From Copranaerobaculum intestinale (GTDB taxonomy: Bacteria > Bacillota_I > Bacilli_A > Erysipelotrichales > Erysipelotrichaceae), in NCBI RefSeq assembly GCF_009831105.1, contig NZ_WUUQ01000002.1, positions 660,001-692,000 of the forward strand: a stretch of 32,000 bases of DNA. The letters run 5' to 3'. A model generated the notes under the pieces. It did not search any database. It had not been told where the DNA came from and saw nothing but the letters and a program-made list of their open reading frames with translations. Positions 19,081-27,340 of the stretch are shown piece by piece. Numbering within the stretch: position 1 is the first letter of the stretch; every line of letters starts with the position of its first letter. Made by a program: the position numbers and the translations under genes.

Positions 19081-19169
19081 GTTATCCTCCATATGTAAAA
19101 ATTTACACGCCTATTGTATCACAGGATATTCTTCAAGCATAGATTTTTTTAACCCTTGATTCGTTTTTT

Positions 19170-20207
19170 TTACTGTAAACGGTTACCCGAAAGAACGCAT
19201 GCTTCCCCATGATTTTTTCGATCACGATTGTCAATTTGAAAGGATCGGCGCGCTGGATTCCCCTCACACCGCAGGATTTCGTTATTTAATGTATCATAGA
19301 TCACCGACCAGACAGTATCTTTGCCAGCAGCTCGATCATACTGACATAAAAAGCCATGCTTACCCGATAATACCTCCCTGCCATATGCTTGAAGCGCGGA
19401 CGCGGGGATGTTACGCAAAGCCTCGATTGCCGTTTCATATCGAAGATCAGAGTACCAGTCATCAATTGAGGTATTTCGTTTTTGTTTCAAGACCTTACTG
19501 TGGAAAGCATTGACCGCAGCTAAGCAATCCGGCTCCTCTAGCACGATCATGGATTCACAATCACATTCCACAACAGCACCATGCCCCGATCCATCGATCA
19601 TCGTAAGCGTTTGGGCAGAAGCAATCGGCAGTAATTTCAGTTGTTCCAGCGCTTCCTTCGTACTGCGACAGCGCTCCAGCAAATATCGTACCAACATGCC
19701 CGCATTAAGTCCTGGTTTGATCATTTCCGGATAAACCGATGTCAAGCCGATCGCGAATCGCTGTTCATTCATGCCATCCTCGATTTCCACAAACGCTGTC
19801 GTATTGCCCTGAAAAGAAAAGCAATCATCTAATTGATATATTACATTCGCATACAAGTTTTCTAATGAAGTCAAAAAATCACTGTTGCGGCACAGCAGAT
19901 ACGCATTGTCGTTCTTCATGATCATACAAGTGCATTTATGCTTCGGCTGGATACAGTACATGCTATATAACACTGCTGTCAATGACTCATAGGTGATCCT
20001 CTGTCCGTCAGCTATTCCCTGTATTTCCGCCACCACATTAGGACAATACCGCTGATAAAACGGATCACAGGCAGCCGCGAATTTTCTTCGTTGTTCATCC
20101 AGGTCAAAGGGAACCTGCTCCAGCAGCCTGATGCCATGATCAAATATTTGCCTGCCCCATTTAAAGCCCGCTTCATAGGGCTTACCTTTCATGTGTAAAT
20201 GAACCAT
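19170..20207 (-). CDS. Peptidase C45 / acyl-CoA:6-aminopenicillanic-acid acyltransferase-like Ntn hydrolase
   Basis: 345 aa with a candidate internal self-processing nucleophile in KHKCTCMIMKND around residue 102, followed by LLCRNSDF. Good AAGGAG RBS. Confidence 0.7.
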   Translation of the reverse strand: MVHLHMKGKPYEAGFKWGRQIFDHGIRLLEQVPFDLDEQRRKFAAACDPFYQRYCPNVVAEIQGIADGQRITYESLTAVLYSMYCIQPKHKCTCMIMKNDNAYLLCRNSDFLTSLENLYANVIYQLDDCFSFQGNTTAFVEIEDGMNEQRFAIGLTSVYPEMIKPGLNAGMLVRYLLERCRSTKEALEQLKLLPIASAQTLTMIDGSGHGAVVECDCESMIVLEEPDCLAAVNAFHSKVLKQKRNTSIDDWYSDLRYETAIEALRNIPASALQAYGREVLSGKHGFLCQYDRAAGKDTVWSVIYDTLNNEILRCEGNPARRSFQIDNRDRKNHGEACVLSGNRLQ

Positions 20208-20229
20208 ATGTAAACACTCCTTTTTCCAG

Positions 20230-20245
20230 GAGTTACCGGTAACTC
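20230..20245. promoter_or_regulatory. Perfect 16-bp palindrome, candidate operator at the C45 gene transcription start
   Basis: GAGTTACCGGTAACTC is its own reverse complement. It sits between the predicted -10 (20252-20257) and the RBS. Confidence 0.45.
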
Positions 20246-20251
20246 TAATAC

Positions 20252-20280
20252 AACATAACCCGATAAAAATTTCCTGTCAA
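20252..20280 (-). promoter_or_regulatory. Putative sigma-A promoter of the C45 hydrolase gene
   Basis: Minus strand TTGACA, 17 nt, TATGTT. Confidence 0.55.
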
Positions 20281-20556
20281 TGCAAAATCGTATGTAAATT
20301 TAATCATATTTTTCTTTCATTTTTATCATAAAAAGCTCCCGGTTTCTAATATAAAGCAAGGTCTCAAAACCCGGTTAAAGGATTGTAAGGTTAAGAATGA
20401 CGGCCCTTAACCATCCTCGAAATGATTGACCGCGGGAACCTTCTTGATACTTAAACACATCACATGAAACGGAAACTGTATCCATTCAACCTTAGATTAA
20501 ATATCGATTACATAAAACATATACAATCTCAAAAATAAAATATCCAATATCAGCCC

Positions 20557-20584
20557 TTTACAAATTCTCATATCGTTGTATATT
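20557..20584 (+). promoter_or_regulatory. Putative sigma-A promoter of azlCD
   Basis: TTTACA, 16 nt, TATATT (TG directly upstream), about 28 nt before the ATG, with an AAAAGGGGA RBS. Confidence 0.4.
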
Positions 20585-20612
20585 TATACGTAATAAAAAG
20601 GGGATTTTACTT

Positions 20613-21305
20613 ATGAATAAACAGGAATGGATCAAAGCATTCAAGGCTGCTTTTCCATACACCGTGCCGGTTTTGACCGGATTTCTGGTGTTGGGTATGG
20701 CATATGGCATTCTGATGCAGACAAAGGGATACGGCACTGGATGGTCGGTGCTGATGAGTGCTGTCGCGTTCTGCGGCAGTATGCAATTTGTGGCAATTAC
20801 TTTATTGACGGCGGTTTTTGATCCGCTGCAGGCATTTTTACTGAGTATTATGGTAAATGCCCGTCATCTTTTTTATGGTCTTTCCATGCTTTCAAAATAC
20901 AAAGGTATGGGCAAAGTCCGTCCCTTCCTGATTTATACGCTGTGTGATGAAACCTTTTCAATCAGTTATGGAATCACGCCCCCAGCTGATGTTTCCCCTC
21001 GCTGCTTCTATCTCGGGATCTCGCTCATGAATTATCTGTACTGGGTGCTCGGTACCTTCCTAGGCGGAACCGTTGGTTCCTTTCTGCACTTTGACACAAC
21101 CGGTCTGGATTTTGTTTTGACTGCTCTATTTCTTGTATTGTTTCTGGAACAGTTTTATAAACAGGAGAATCGCAGCACTGCAATCATGGGACTGTTCGCC
21201 TCCGCTGTCTGTCTGCTCATCTTCGGCAGTGCCAACATGGTCATTCCGTCCATGATCCTAATTTTGTTGATTCTGCTGGCTGAAAGGAAACGCATATGCA
21301 GTTGA
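20613..21305 (+). CDS. azlC: AzlC-family branched-chain amino acid exporter, large subunit
   Basis: 230-aa polytopic membrane protein with AzlC-like sequence; overlaps the downstream small AzlD partner. Confidence 0.85.
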   Translation: MNKQEWIKAFKAAFPYTVPVLTGFLVLGMAYGILMQTKGYGTGWSVLMSAVAFCGSMQFVAITLLTAVFDPLQAFLLSIMVNARHLFYGLSMLSKYKGMGKVRPFLIYTLCDETFSISYGITPPADVSPRCFYLGISLMNYLYWVLGTFLGGTVGSFLHFDTTGLDFVLTALFLVLFLEQFYKQENRSTAIMGLFASAVCLLIFGSANMVIPSMILILLILLAERKRICS

Positions 21306-21625
21306 ATACAGTTGAAACACTGATAACGATCGCAGCGATTGCGTTAGGTACCATGCTTACCCGATTCCTTCCCTTTCTATTATTTCCCGATCATCATCGG
21401 CCACCCGATACCATCCGTTATTTAGGAAGAACGCTGCCGCCGGCCATGATGGGATTGCTGATTATTTACTGCCTGCGCGATGTCTCCTTTGTTTCCATGC
21501 CCTATGGCATACCCGAACTGCTTTCTATTACTGTCATCGTGGTGCTGCATTCATGGAAACGCAATGTTTTGCTGAGCATCAGCGTCGGTACTGCTTTATA
21601 CATGCTCCTGCTTCACTTATTTTAA
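21296..21625 (+). CDS. azlD: AzlD-family branched-chain amino acid transport protein, small subunit
   Basis: 109 aa with about 3-4 TM helices; 10-nt overlap with azlC, the canonical azlCD arrangement. Confidence 0.85.
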   Translation: MQLNTVETLITIAAIALGTMLTRFLPFLLFPDHHRPPDTIRYLGRTLPPAMMGLLIIYCLRDVSFVSMPYGIPELLSITVIVVLHSWKRNVLLSISVGTALYMLLLHLF

Positions 21626-21630
21626 AGAAA

Positions 21631-21652
21631 AACATCCGGTTTTCCGGATGTT
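21631..21652. terminator. Terminator hairpin between convergent azlD and the 349-aa gene (clean U-tract on the minus strand only)
   Basis: AACATCCGG-TTTT-CCGGATGTT. The minus strand continues TTTTCTTTAAAAT. Confidence 0.7.
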
Positions 21653-22700
21653 AAGCAGTAAAACTTTTATAAAACAGCTCAAGGGCTGTTTTTTCATTGA
21701 TGCGCTTCAACGCTTGTAAAAACAACGGCTTATCAAAGATAGCAAAATCAATATAACAGTGTTTGGTTCCGATACCGCTGCCGATTGTCCGGGCAATTCC
21801 AAGCGGATACAACAGTTCATGCAGTTCCTTTTCAATCTGTGCATTGCGTATGGCACTGGCTTCACTCTCATCTTTGCGATCATAATAGCAGTAGCCGTAT
21901 TCCCCGCCTTTATCCTGAAAATCACGACAGCTGTCCTGTTCTTGATTTTGAAGCTCTTCAAATAAAATCGGATTGCTGGTGGCAAGAATCGTAATATCCT
22001 TGCGTAGTCCCATGGCCTTTACTTCTTCATTCAGCTTGTATACGGAATAGATAACGGTTGGATCACTGTAGGAAGTCCAATCCTGATCAATGACAATATC
22101 GCAGATATCTTCATAAAAATTAGGAAGCAGAACCACATTTTCATGATCGATCGGCGCTTCCAGAATCCGCAAGGAAGCGATGCGCGCCTCCAGCTCCAGT
22201 TCCCCGATGAAAAGCTCCAGAAGATAGCGGGCAATATCATATTGACGGACTTCATCCATGCTCTTGAAGGCTTCACAATACATTTGCACATGCATTGCTT
22301 TCATATTTGTATCAATATCATAATAGATTTTAAAATCAACCGGTGTATACTGTTGACCCTTGATGTTTAAAACGGTATGCATCGCCCGCTCACTGAGCGG
22401 CTGACGAAAAGCATTGATGATCCATTCGTCCACGATTGTATGCGGTGCTTCCTTTTTCAAGCATGCGCAGATATATTGCGCGGTTTTATTCATGCCCGTA
22501 TCAAAAGTCAGTTCATAAAAGCCGTTGTCAGCCAATTCTACCTCACATTTGCATCCGGCGATCAGCATTAGCTGATCATTCAAGGTATCTAAAAGCACTT
22601 TCAGCGCTTCTCGATCCTCATTGCGGATTGCTTTCTGCAGATCTTTATGTATGGCCTCAAATTCTTCCCAAAAAGCCTTTACCATCTGTTTATTTGTCAT
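21651..22700 (-). CDS. Hypothetical cytoplasmic protein, 349 aa, family not recognised
   Basis: Long ORF with no TM helix or signal peptide. Start assigned to MTNKQMVKAFWEEF, overlapping the GNAT gene end by 11 nt. Confidence 0.6.
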   Translation of the reverse strand: MTNKQMVKAFWEEFEAIHKDLQKAIRNEDREALKVLLDTLNDQLMLIAGCKCEVELADNGFYELTFDTGMNKTAQYICACLKKEAPHTIVDEWIINAFRQPLSERAMHTVLNIKGQQYTPVDFKIYYDIDTNMKAMHVQMYCEAFKSMDEVRQYDIARYLLELFIGELELEARIASLRILEAPIDHENVVLLPNFYEDICDIVIDQDWTSYSDPTVIYSVYKLNEEVKAMGLRKDITILATSNPILFEELQNQEQDSCRDFQDKGGEYGYCYYDRKDESEASAIRNAQIEKELHELLYPLGIARTIGSGIGTKHCYIDFAIFDKPLFLQALKRINEKTALELFYKSFTA

Positions 22701-23331
22701 TCGCTGTCTCCTCCCTGCAACGTCTGAGCATACAGTACTGTGATATTTTGAATCCATCATGCGTAATTGTTTTTACCAGAGCAAATCCAAATCGCTCATA
22801 ATATTCTACATTGGACAGCTCATGAGTTTCCAATGTAATATCCATATGCTCCTCATCAGCACGTACAATCAGCTCCTCTACCAATTTTCGTGCATAGCCC
22901 ATTCTTCGGCTGTCTTGGCAGGTGCACAGCAGATCCAGATGATAATACTGCCGCATTTTAAAATCCTTTACCCAGGCGCTGGTAAACATCCCGTAACAGC
23001 GCAATGCATGAAAGGCATCCTCAAAGCTTTTAAAGCGGAAAAGCAAGCTGAGCAGTCCTGCATTCAGCCGCAGCATCGACCAGATGTATGATGCGGCATG
23101 CCATAAACGGCTGTCATACGCGATCAAAATGCTATGCACCGCCATACTGTCCGCATACATGTGACAATACGGAGCAATGGCTTTGATGTAAAGCCGAAAA
23201 AATTGAAGCATGACAGCCATTCTGGTATTTTGATTGGGAAATGCTACCTCATAAAGCCGATCCTCATAAAAACCGGCAGCAAGAAGCTCATGAAGCTCTG
23301 CTATTTCCGGCTTACTCAGCGCATAACTCAT
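22690..23331 (-). CDS. GNAT-family N-acetyltransferase
   Basis: Acetyl-CoA binding core LLCTCQDSRRMGYARKLVEELI ... YYERFGFALV. ATGA overlap with the upstream oxidoreductase. Confidence 0.8.
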   Translation of the reverse strand: MSYALSKPEIAELHELLAAGFYEDRLYEVAFPNQNTRMAVMLQFFRLYIKAIAPYCHMYADSMAVHSILIAYDSRLWHAASYIWSMLRLNAGLLSLLFRFKSFEDAFHALRCYGMFTSAWVKDFKMRQYYHLDLLCTCQDSRRMGYARKLVEELIVRADEEHMDITLETHELSNVEYYERFGFALVKTITHDGFKISQYCMLRRCREETANDK

Positions 23332-24284
23332 GCATCCACGCTCGCTTCCATCAGCTTCAGCATCAATGTGCTTTTTGCGCTTGACCAGATATCACTTTCT
23401 TTTTCACCATGCAGAATCAAATCCGCAAAATGAGCAATCTCATATCGGAACTCCGCTTTGTCGTGAAGCTCCTCATACAGCTCTTCCTGTCCATCCTCAT
23501 AACAATAAGCGCGCTCCGCCTTCCAGAAGTCCGGCACATAAATATGGCCTTTGGTTCCATAAATCATTGCATCGTTACGGGTATCTACGCCTATTCCACC
23601 ACGTACGCTGGCCATGACTCCATCCTCATAGCGAAGCAATAGCTGGGTAATTTCATCGACACCGCTTGCTCCATCGAGATGCATCGCCTTTGCTTCAACG
23701 ATCTTAGCCGATCTAAGATGCATCGTATAGGCCAATGGATAACAGCCTACGTCAAACATCCCCCCGCCGCTGTATTGCTTTTGAAAGACCCAGTGATTCA
23801 TATCATCATGCGGAAACAAATAGCTGTAGCTCGCTTCCATATATTTGATGTCGCCGATTCTGCCATCCTCCAGCCAGCTTTTGACATGCTTGGTAACCGG
23901 CAGAAATACGGCTTTCATCGCTTCCATTAGGACACATTTCTGTTCCTTTGCATAGGCATATGCGATTTCCGCCTGTTTATGATTCAGCATAAACGGTTTT
24001 TCACAAATCACATGCTTATGATGCTTCAATGCTTCCATTACCAAATCAAAGTGCGTATGGGGCGGGGTCGCAATATAGACCGCATCCACCTGCTCACTGG
24101 AAAACAGCGCTTCATAACTGGTAAATACAAACGGTATTTGATATTCATCCGCATAGCGCAGAGCTTTTTGTTGATCGCGGGATGCGACAGCGGCCAGCTC
24201 GGCTTGGGGAACATGACGAAGCCCCTTCACAAAACGATGTGAAATTGTTCCGGGACCAATAATTCCAAATTTTACACACTGCAT
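23328..24284 (-). CDS. Gfo/Idh/MocA-family NAD(P)-dependent oxidoreductase
   Basis: Rossmann start MQCVKFGIIGPGTISHRF and the EKP motif VICEKPF. Start at the ATG 5 nt after GAGGTGA. Confidence 0.88.
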   Translation of the reverse strand: MQCVKFGIIGPGTISHRFVKGLRHVPQAELAAVASRDQQKALRYADEYQIPFVFTSYEALFSSEQVDAVYIATPPHTHFDLVMEALKHHKHVICEKPFMLNHKQAEIAYAYAKEQKCVLMEAMKAVFLPVTKHVKSWLEDGRIGDIKYMEASYSYLFPHDDMNHWVFQKQYSGGGMFDVGCYPLAYTMHLRSAKIVEAKAMHLDGASGVDEITQLLLRYEDGVMASVRGGIGVDTRNDAMIYGTKGHIYVPDFWKAERAYCYEDGQEELYEELHDKAEFRYEIAHFADLILHGEKESDIWSSAKSTLMLKLMEASVDA

Positions 24285-24306
24285 GTTCGTCACCTCTCGG
24301 TAACAT

Positions 24307-24340
24307 ATTATATCATGAAAGTATCTTTTATCCTATAAAA
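24307..24340 (-). promoter_or_regulatory. Putative extended -10 promoter of the oxidoreductase-GNAT-unknown operon
   Basis: Minus strand TGaTATAAT (24315-24307); weak -35. Confidence 0.4.
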
Positions 24341-24372
24341 AAGGGAACTTCAGCCGTTAACCAGCCGTTCCC
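24336..24372 (-). terminator. Terminator of the spoIIA operon
   Basis: Minus strand GGGAAC-18 nt loop-GTTCCC followed by TTTTTTAT; the stem overlaps the last sigF codons. Confidence 0.55.
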
Positions 24373-25072
24373 TCAGTTTCTTCAATATTTTCTTTTCCAA
24401 GCGGCTCACCTGCACCTGTGAGACACCCAGTTTTTTAGCGATCTCCTCTTGCTTCAGCCCCAGTTCATAGCGATAGTATAGTAGCGTTTGATCTCGCTGA
24501 TCCAGCGTTTTCATCTCCTTGCGAAGCGACATCGTCATCAGCAGCTGCTGCTCGTTGCTGGTGCCGACCTTATCCTCAAGATGGACGGCACTGCCGTCAC
24601 TTTCATAAATTGGCTCATCAAAGGAATAGATAAATTGATTTGCTTCAAATGCCAGAATCACATCACTGACTTCAATCTGCATAGCATCGGCAATTTCCTG
24701 ATAGGTCACTTCCCGTCCCTGCTGCTGAATCAGTTTATCCTTGACCTTCAGCATCTGCAAATAGCCCTCTTTTAAGGAACGGGATATCCGCATGCTTCCA
24801 TCATCGCGGAAGAACCGCTTGATCTCACCCATGATGATCGGCACCGCATAGGTTGAAAATTTCACCTGATAGCTCATATCAAAGTTATTCAGTGCTTTCA
24901 TCAAACCGATGCATCCAATCTGAAACAGATCCTCACGCGATACATTGCCGCGTGAAAACCGCTTAATGATTGCATAGATCAGCGGTGCATTCTGATTCAC
25001 AAACAGTTCCTTGGCCGTTTCGTCACCTGCTTTTACTTTCGCAATCAGTTCTTCATTGCTGAGTGCTTTCAT
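24350..25072 (-). CDS. sigF: Forespore sigma factor sigma-F (SpoIIAC)
   Basis: Sigma-70 group 3 regions (DLFQIGCIGLMKALNNFD, YAVPIIMGEIKRFFRDD, QEEIAKKLGVSQVQVSRLEKK). Third gene after spoIIAA-spoIIAB. Confidence 0.9.
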   Translation of the reverse strand: MKALSNEELIAKVKAGDETAKELFVNQNAPLIYAIIKRFSRGNVSREDLFQIGCIGLMKALNNFDMSYQVKFSTYAVPIIMGEIKRFFRDDGSMRISRSLKEGYLQMLKVKDKLIQQQGREVTYQEIADAMQIEVSDVILAFEANQFIYSFDEPIYESDGSAVHLEDKVGTSNEQQLLMTMSLRKEMKTLDQRDQTLLYYRYELGLKQEEIAKKLGVSQVQVSRLEKKILKKLRERLVNG

Positions 25073-25496
25073 GCGTTCCGTGCAGTTTCTTTGTCATTTC
25101 CAGCTTGGTGCCCTTACCAATCCCGCTGGTGATATGGAATTCATCGGCAAAGGTATCCATAATCGTCATGCCCATACCGCTTCGTTCCAAATGCTCCTTG
25201 GTCGTAAACAGCGGCTGCATTGCCTGATCAATATCGGCAATACCACACCCTTCATCCTCAACCAGAATATGAATCGTGCGCTGATCATCATACTCCAGCT
25301 TCAGCGTGATGATTCCCTCCTGATTTTGTTCATACCCATGGATCATCGCATTCACAACCGCTTCTGCGATGATCGTTTTAATCTCCATGATCTCATCCAC
25401 GCTTGGATTCAGCGGCATTAAAAAAGCAACTGCACTCGTGCGTGCAAACGCTTCATTTTCCAGTCTGCTGGGAAATGTTAATGTCATGTTATTCAT
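25053..25496 (-). CDS. spoIIAB: Anti-sigma-F factor / serine kinase SpoIIAB
   Basis: GHKL N-box EAVVNAMIHGY, G-boxes DEGCGI and SGMGMT. 147 aa. Confidence 0.93.
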   Translation of the reverse strand: MNNMTLTFPSRLENEAFARTSAVAFLMPLNPSVDEIMEIKTIIAEAVVNAMIHGYEQNQEGIITLKLEYDDQRTIHILVEDEGCGIADIDQAMQPLFTTKEHLERSGMGMTIMDTFADEFHITSGIGKGTKLEMTKKLHGTHESTQQ

Positions 25497-25810
25497 AGTT
25501 TAACCCCGTTCCTTTCATGCTTCATAATCTGAAAGATACCTGACATGTGAAACAATGTCTGATTGGTTCTGGACAGATTGCAGATAATCAGCTCACTGTT
25601 CATCTTCCGCAGCTGCTTATAGCGTGCCAGCACAAAACCGATGCCGGTACTGTCCACAAAGGTAACGCCTTCAAAATCAAGCTTTACCTGCCGCGGCTTG
25701 TATTCATCGATCAAGGCTATACAGATATCCTTTAATCTGCTCACCGTCAGGTTATCCAGATCACCATAAAAATAAAAATACAGTGTTCCGTCAATATACT
25801 GATGTTTCAT
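25493..25810 (-). CDS. spoIIAA: Anti-anti-sigma factor SpoIIAA (STAS domain)
   Basis: STAS fold with the phospho-acceptor context FVDSTGIGFVL. GGAGGG RBS. ATGA overlap with spoIIAB. Confidence 0.92.
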   Translation of the reverse strand: MKHQYIDGTLYFYFYGDLDNLTVSRLKDICIALIDEYKPRQVKLDFEGVTFVDSTGIGFVLARYKQLRKMNSELIICNLSRTNQTLFHMSGIFQIMKHERNGVKL

Positions 25811-25863
25811 TGAAATCCCTCCGTTTGTTCATCTTATCATGAATTATTTCTCATATGGTCCGA

Positions 25864-25890
25864 TTCGACAAAGGTAGAAAAAAACCGACA
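25864..25890 (-). promoter_or_regulatory. Spo0A-box-like motifs upstream of spoIIAA
   Basis: The minus strand reads TTGTCGG (25890-25884) and TGTCGAA (25870-25864). The second is an exact 0A box (TGNCGAA), 54-60 nt upstream of the spoIIAA ATG. Confidence 0.4.
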
Positions 25891-25917
25891 AAAAAAGCGC
25901 ATGCCGCTGCATACGCT
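25889..25917 (-). terminator. Rho-independent terminator of dacF
   Basis: Minus strand AGCGTATGC-AGCG-GCATGCGCT followed by TTTTTTGTC; overlaps the dacF stop. Confidence 0.7.
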
Positions 25918-27079
25918 AAAACAGACTCTGATTCCATGACTGCATGAGAATATCCATATAGTCTAACGGCTCCACCCCATGATCCGCATACAGCTGCTCA
26001 TGAATCACATAGCCGTCATCCATTTGAATCGTGATCGTAGCAATCACTTCTCCCTTCTGATAGGGAGGGTTTTCCTTAGTAATCTTTATTTCCCGACTTT
26101 TCTCTTTTGGCTCACTGCCTTTTTGAAACACATAGATCAGATCATTCTTGGTTTTTAAATTTACCTCTTTGGGTTTTCCGTTTGCGACCTTGCGTTTTTC
26201 AATCACCGTATCGGCCGGAATTAATACTCCTTGAGAAAATTGAGAAAATCCATAATCCAACATCTGCTTCGTTTCGGCATTGCGCACTTTGCTGGACGGC
26301 TCACCCATCACCACCGAAATAAGTCGAAGATTATCTTTTTTTGCGGTTACCGTAATACAGCTCAGCGCTTCCTGCGTAAATCCGGTTTTTAAGCCATCGA
26401 CTCCGTCATATTGTTTTAAGAGCTTATTGGTATTGACCAGCCAAAATTTCTTGTCGCTGTCTTCTCGGATATAAGAATCATAGGTTGATGTTATTTTTAG
26501 CAGTTCATCGCCGCCTTCCTGAATTAAGGCCCTGGCAATTTTAGCCATATCCTCGGCACAAGAATAGTGCTTAGGGTCATGCAGACCGGTTGTATTGACA
26601 AAGTGGGTATTTGATAAATGCAAATCATTTGCCTTGTCGTTCATCATCTGCACAAAATGATCGTGTGTACCGCCAACCTTTTCCGCCATCGCAACCATTG
26701 CATCATTCGCACTCGCTATGCAAATGGATTTCACCATATCCTTGACGCTCATGGTTTCATTGACTTCTAAAAAAACCTGCGATCCGCCCATGGACGCCGC
26801 GAGCTCACTGGTCGTCACGGTATCATCCCACTTCAGCTTATTATCATTAAGCGCTTCAAAAATAAGCAGCAGCCCCATCATTTTTGTCATGGACGCGGGA
26901 AACAGTTTTTCCTTTTCATTCTTTTTAAAGATTTCTTTACCGCTTGTATACTCCATTAAGTATGCGCCCTTGGCACTTTTTGCCAGATCGATATCGGCCT
27001 TGGACTCGCCATGAATTGTCCATCCCATCATCGCGGTACTCATGACCAGCGCAAGCATTACCGTCAATATTTTCTTCAT
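25916..27079 (-). CDS. dacF: D-alanyl-D-alanine carboxypeptidase (PBP5*-type, DacF-like)
   Basis: Signal peptide, then SMTKMM (SxxK), SANDA (SxN) and KTGFT (KTG). Directly upstream of spoIIAA, as dacF is in B. subtilis. Confidence 0.9.
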   Translation of the reverse strand: MKKILTVMLALVMSTAMMGWTIHGESKADIDLAKSAKGAYLMEYTSGKEIFKKNEKEKLFPASMTKMMGLLLIFEALNDNKLKWDDTVTTSELAASMGGSQVFLEVNETMSVKDMVKSICIASANDAMVAMAEKVGGTHDHFVQMMNDKANDLHLSNTHFVNTTGLHDPKHYSCAEDMAKIARALIQEGGDELLKITSTYDSYIREDSDKKFWLVNTNKLLKQYDGVDGLKTGFTQEALSCITVTAKKDNLRLISVVMGEPSSKVRNAETKQMLDYGFSQFSQGVLIPADTVIEKRKVANGKPKEVNLKTKNDLIYVFQKGSEPKEKSREIKITKENPPYQKGEVIATITIQMDDGYVIHEQLYADHGVEPLDYMDILMQSWNQSLF

Positions 27080-27300
27080 CTTTATCTACCTCAGTAGAGT
27101 TTATGAAGACTTTTTATCACTTATACATAAATATCCATGAATTCGACTGCTTTTTTATTTTATCGACTATCATACTGCACTGGTTTTAATATATAATTTA
27201 TATGATAGATTTCATGAATGCTATTGAAAATATTAAATAAATCCTCTGCTTTCAATAAGTTATTTGTAAATTTAGCACGATAGCTGTTTTAACATATTCA

Positions 27301-27332
27301 GAAAAAAGCAGTCCTTATCATAGCGGACCGCT
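27301..27332 (-). terminator. Rho-independent terminator of the ureohydrolase gene
   Basis: Minus strand AGCGGTCC-GCTATGATAA-GGACTGCT (one G-U pair) followed by TTTTTTC. Confidence 0.7.
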
Positions 27333-27340
27333 TTTGATAT

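Noticed and set aside
20330-20450. Resemblance to a ykkC/guanidine-I riboswitch on the minus strand (AGGTTCCCG ... AAACCGGGAGC) or to a T-box on the plus strand (TTGACCGCGGGAA).
   Set aside because: Only short fragments match. The invariant GGTCCGAGAG and ACACGG (ykkC) or GGTGGTACCGCG plus a terminator/antiterminator (T-box) are absent. The element would lie upstream of the predicted promoters. It is kept only as an unclassified structured region.
27103-27189. 28-codon plus-strand sORF (MKTFYHLYINIHEFDCFFILSTIILHWF) in the AT-rich dacF-ureohydrolase spacer.
   Set aside because: It has no convincing RBS, lies in a promoter-type AT-rich region on the strand opposite both neighbours, and its composition is consistent with chance.
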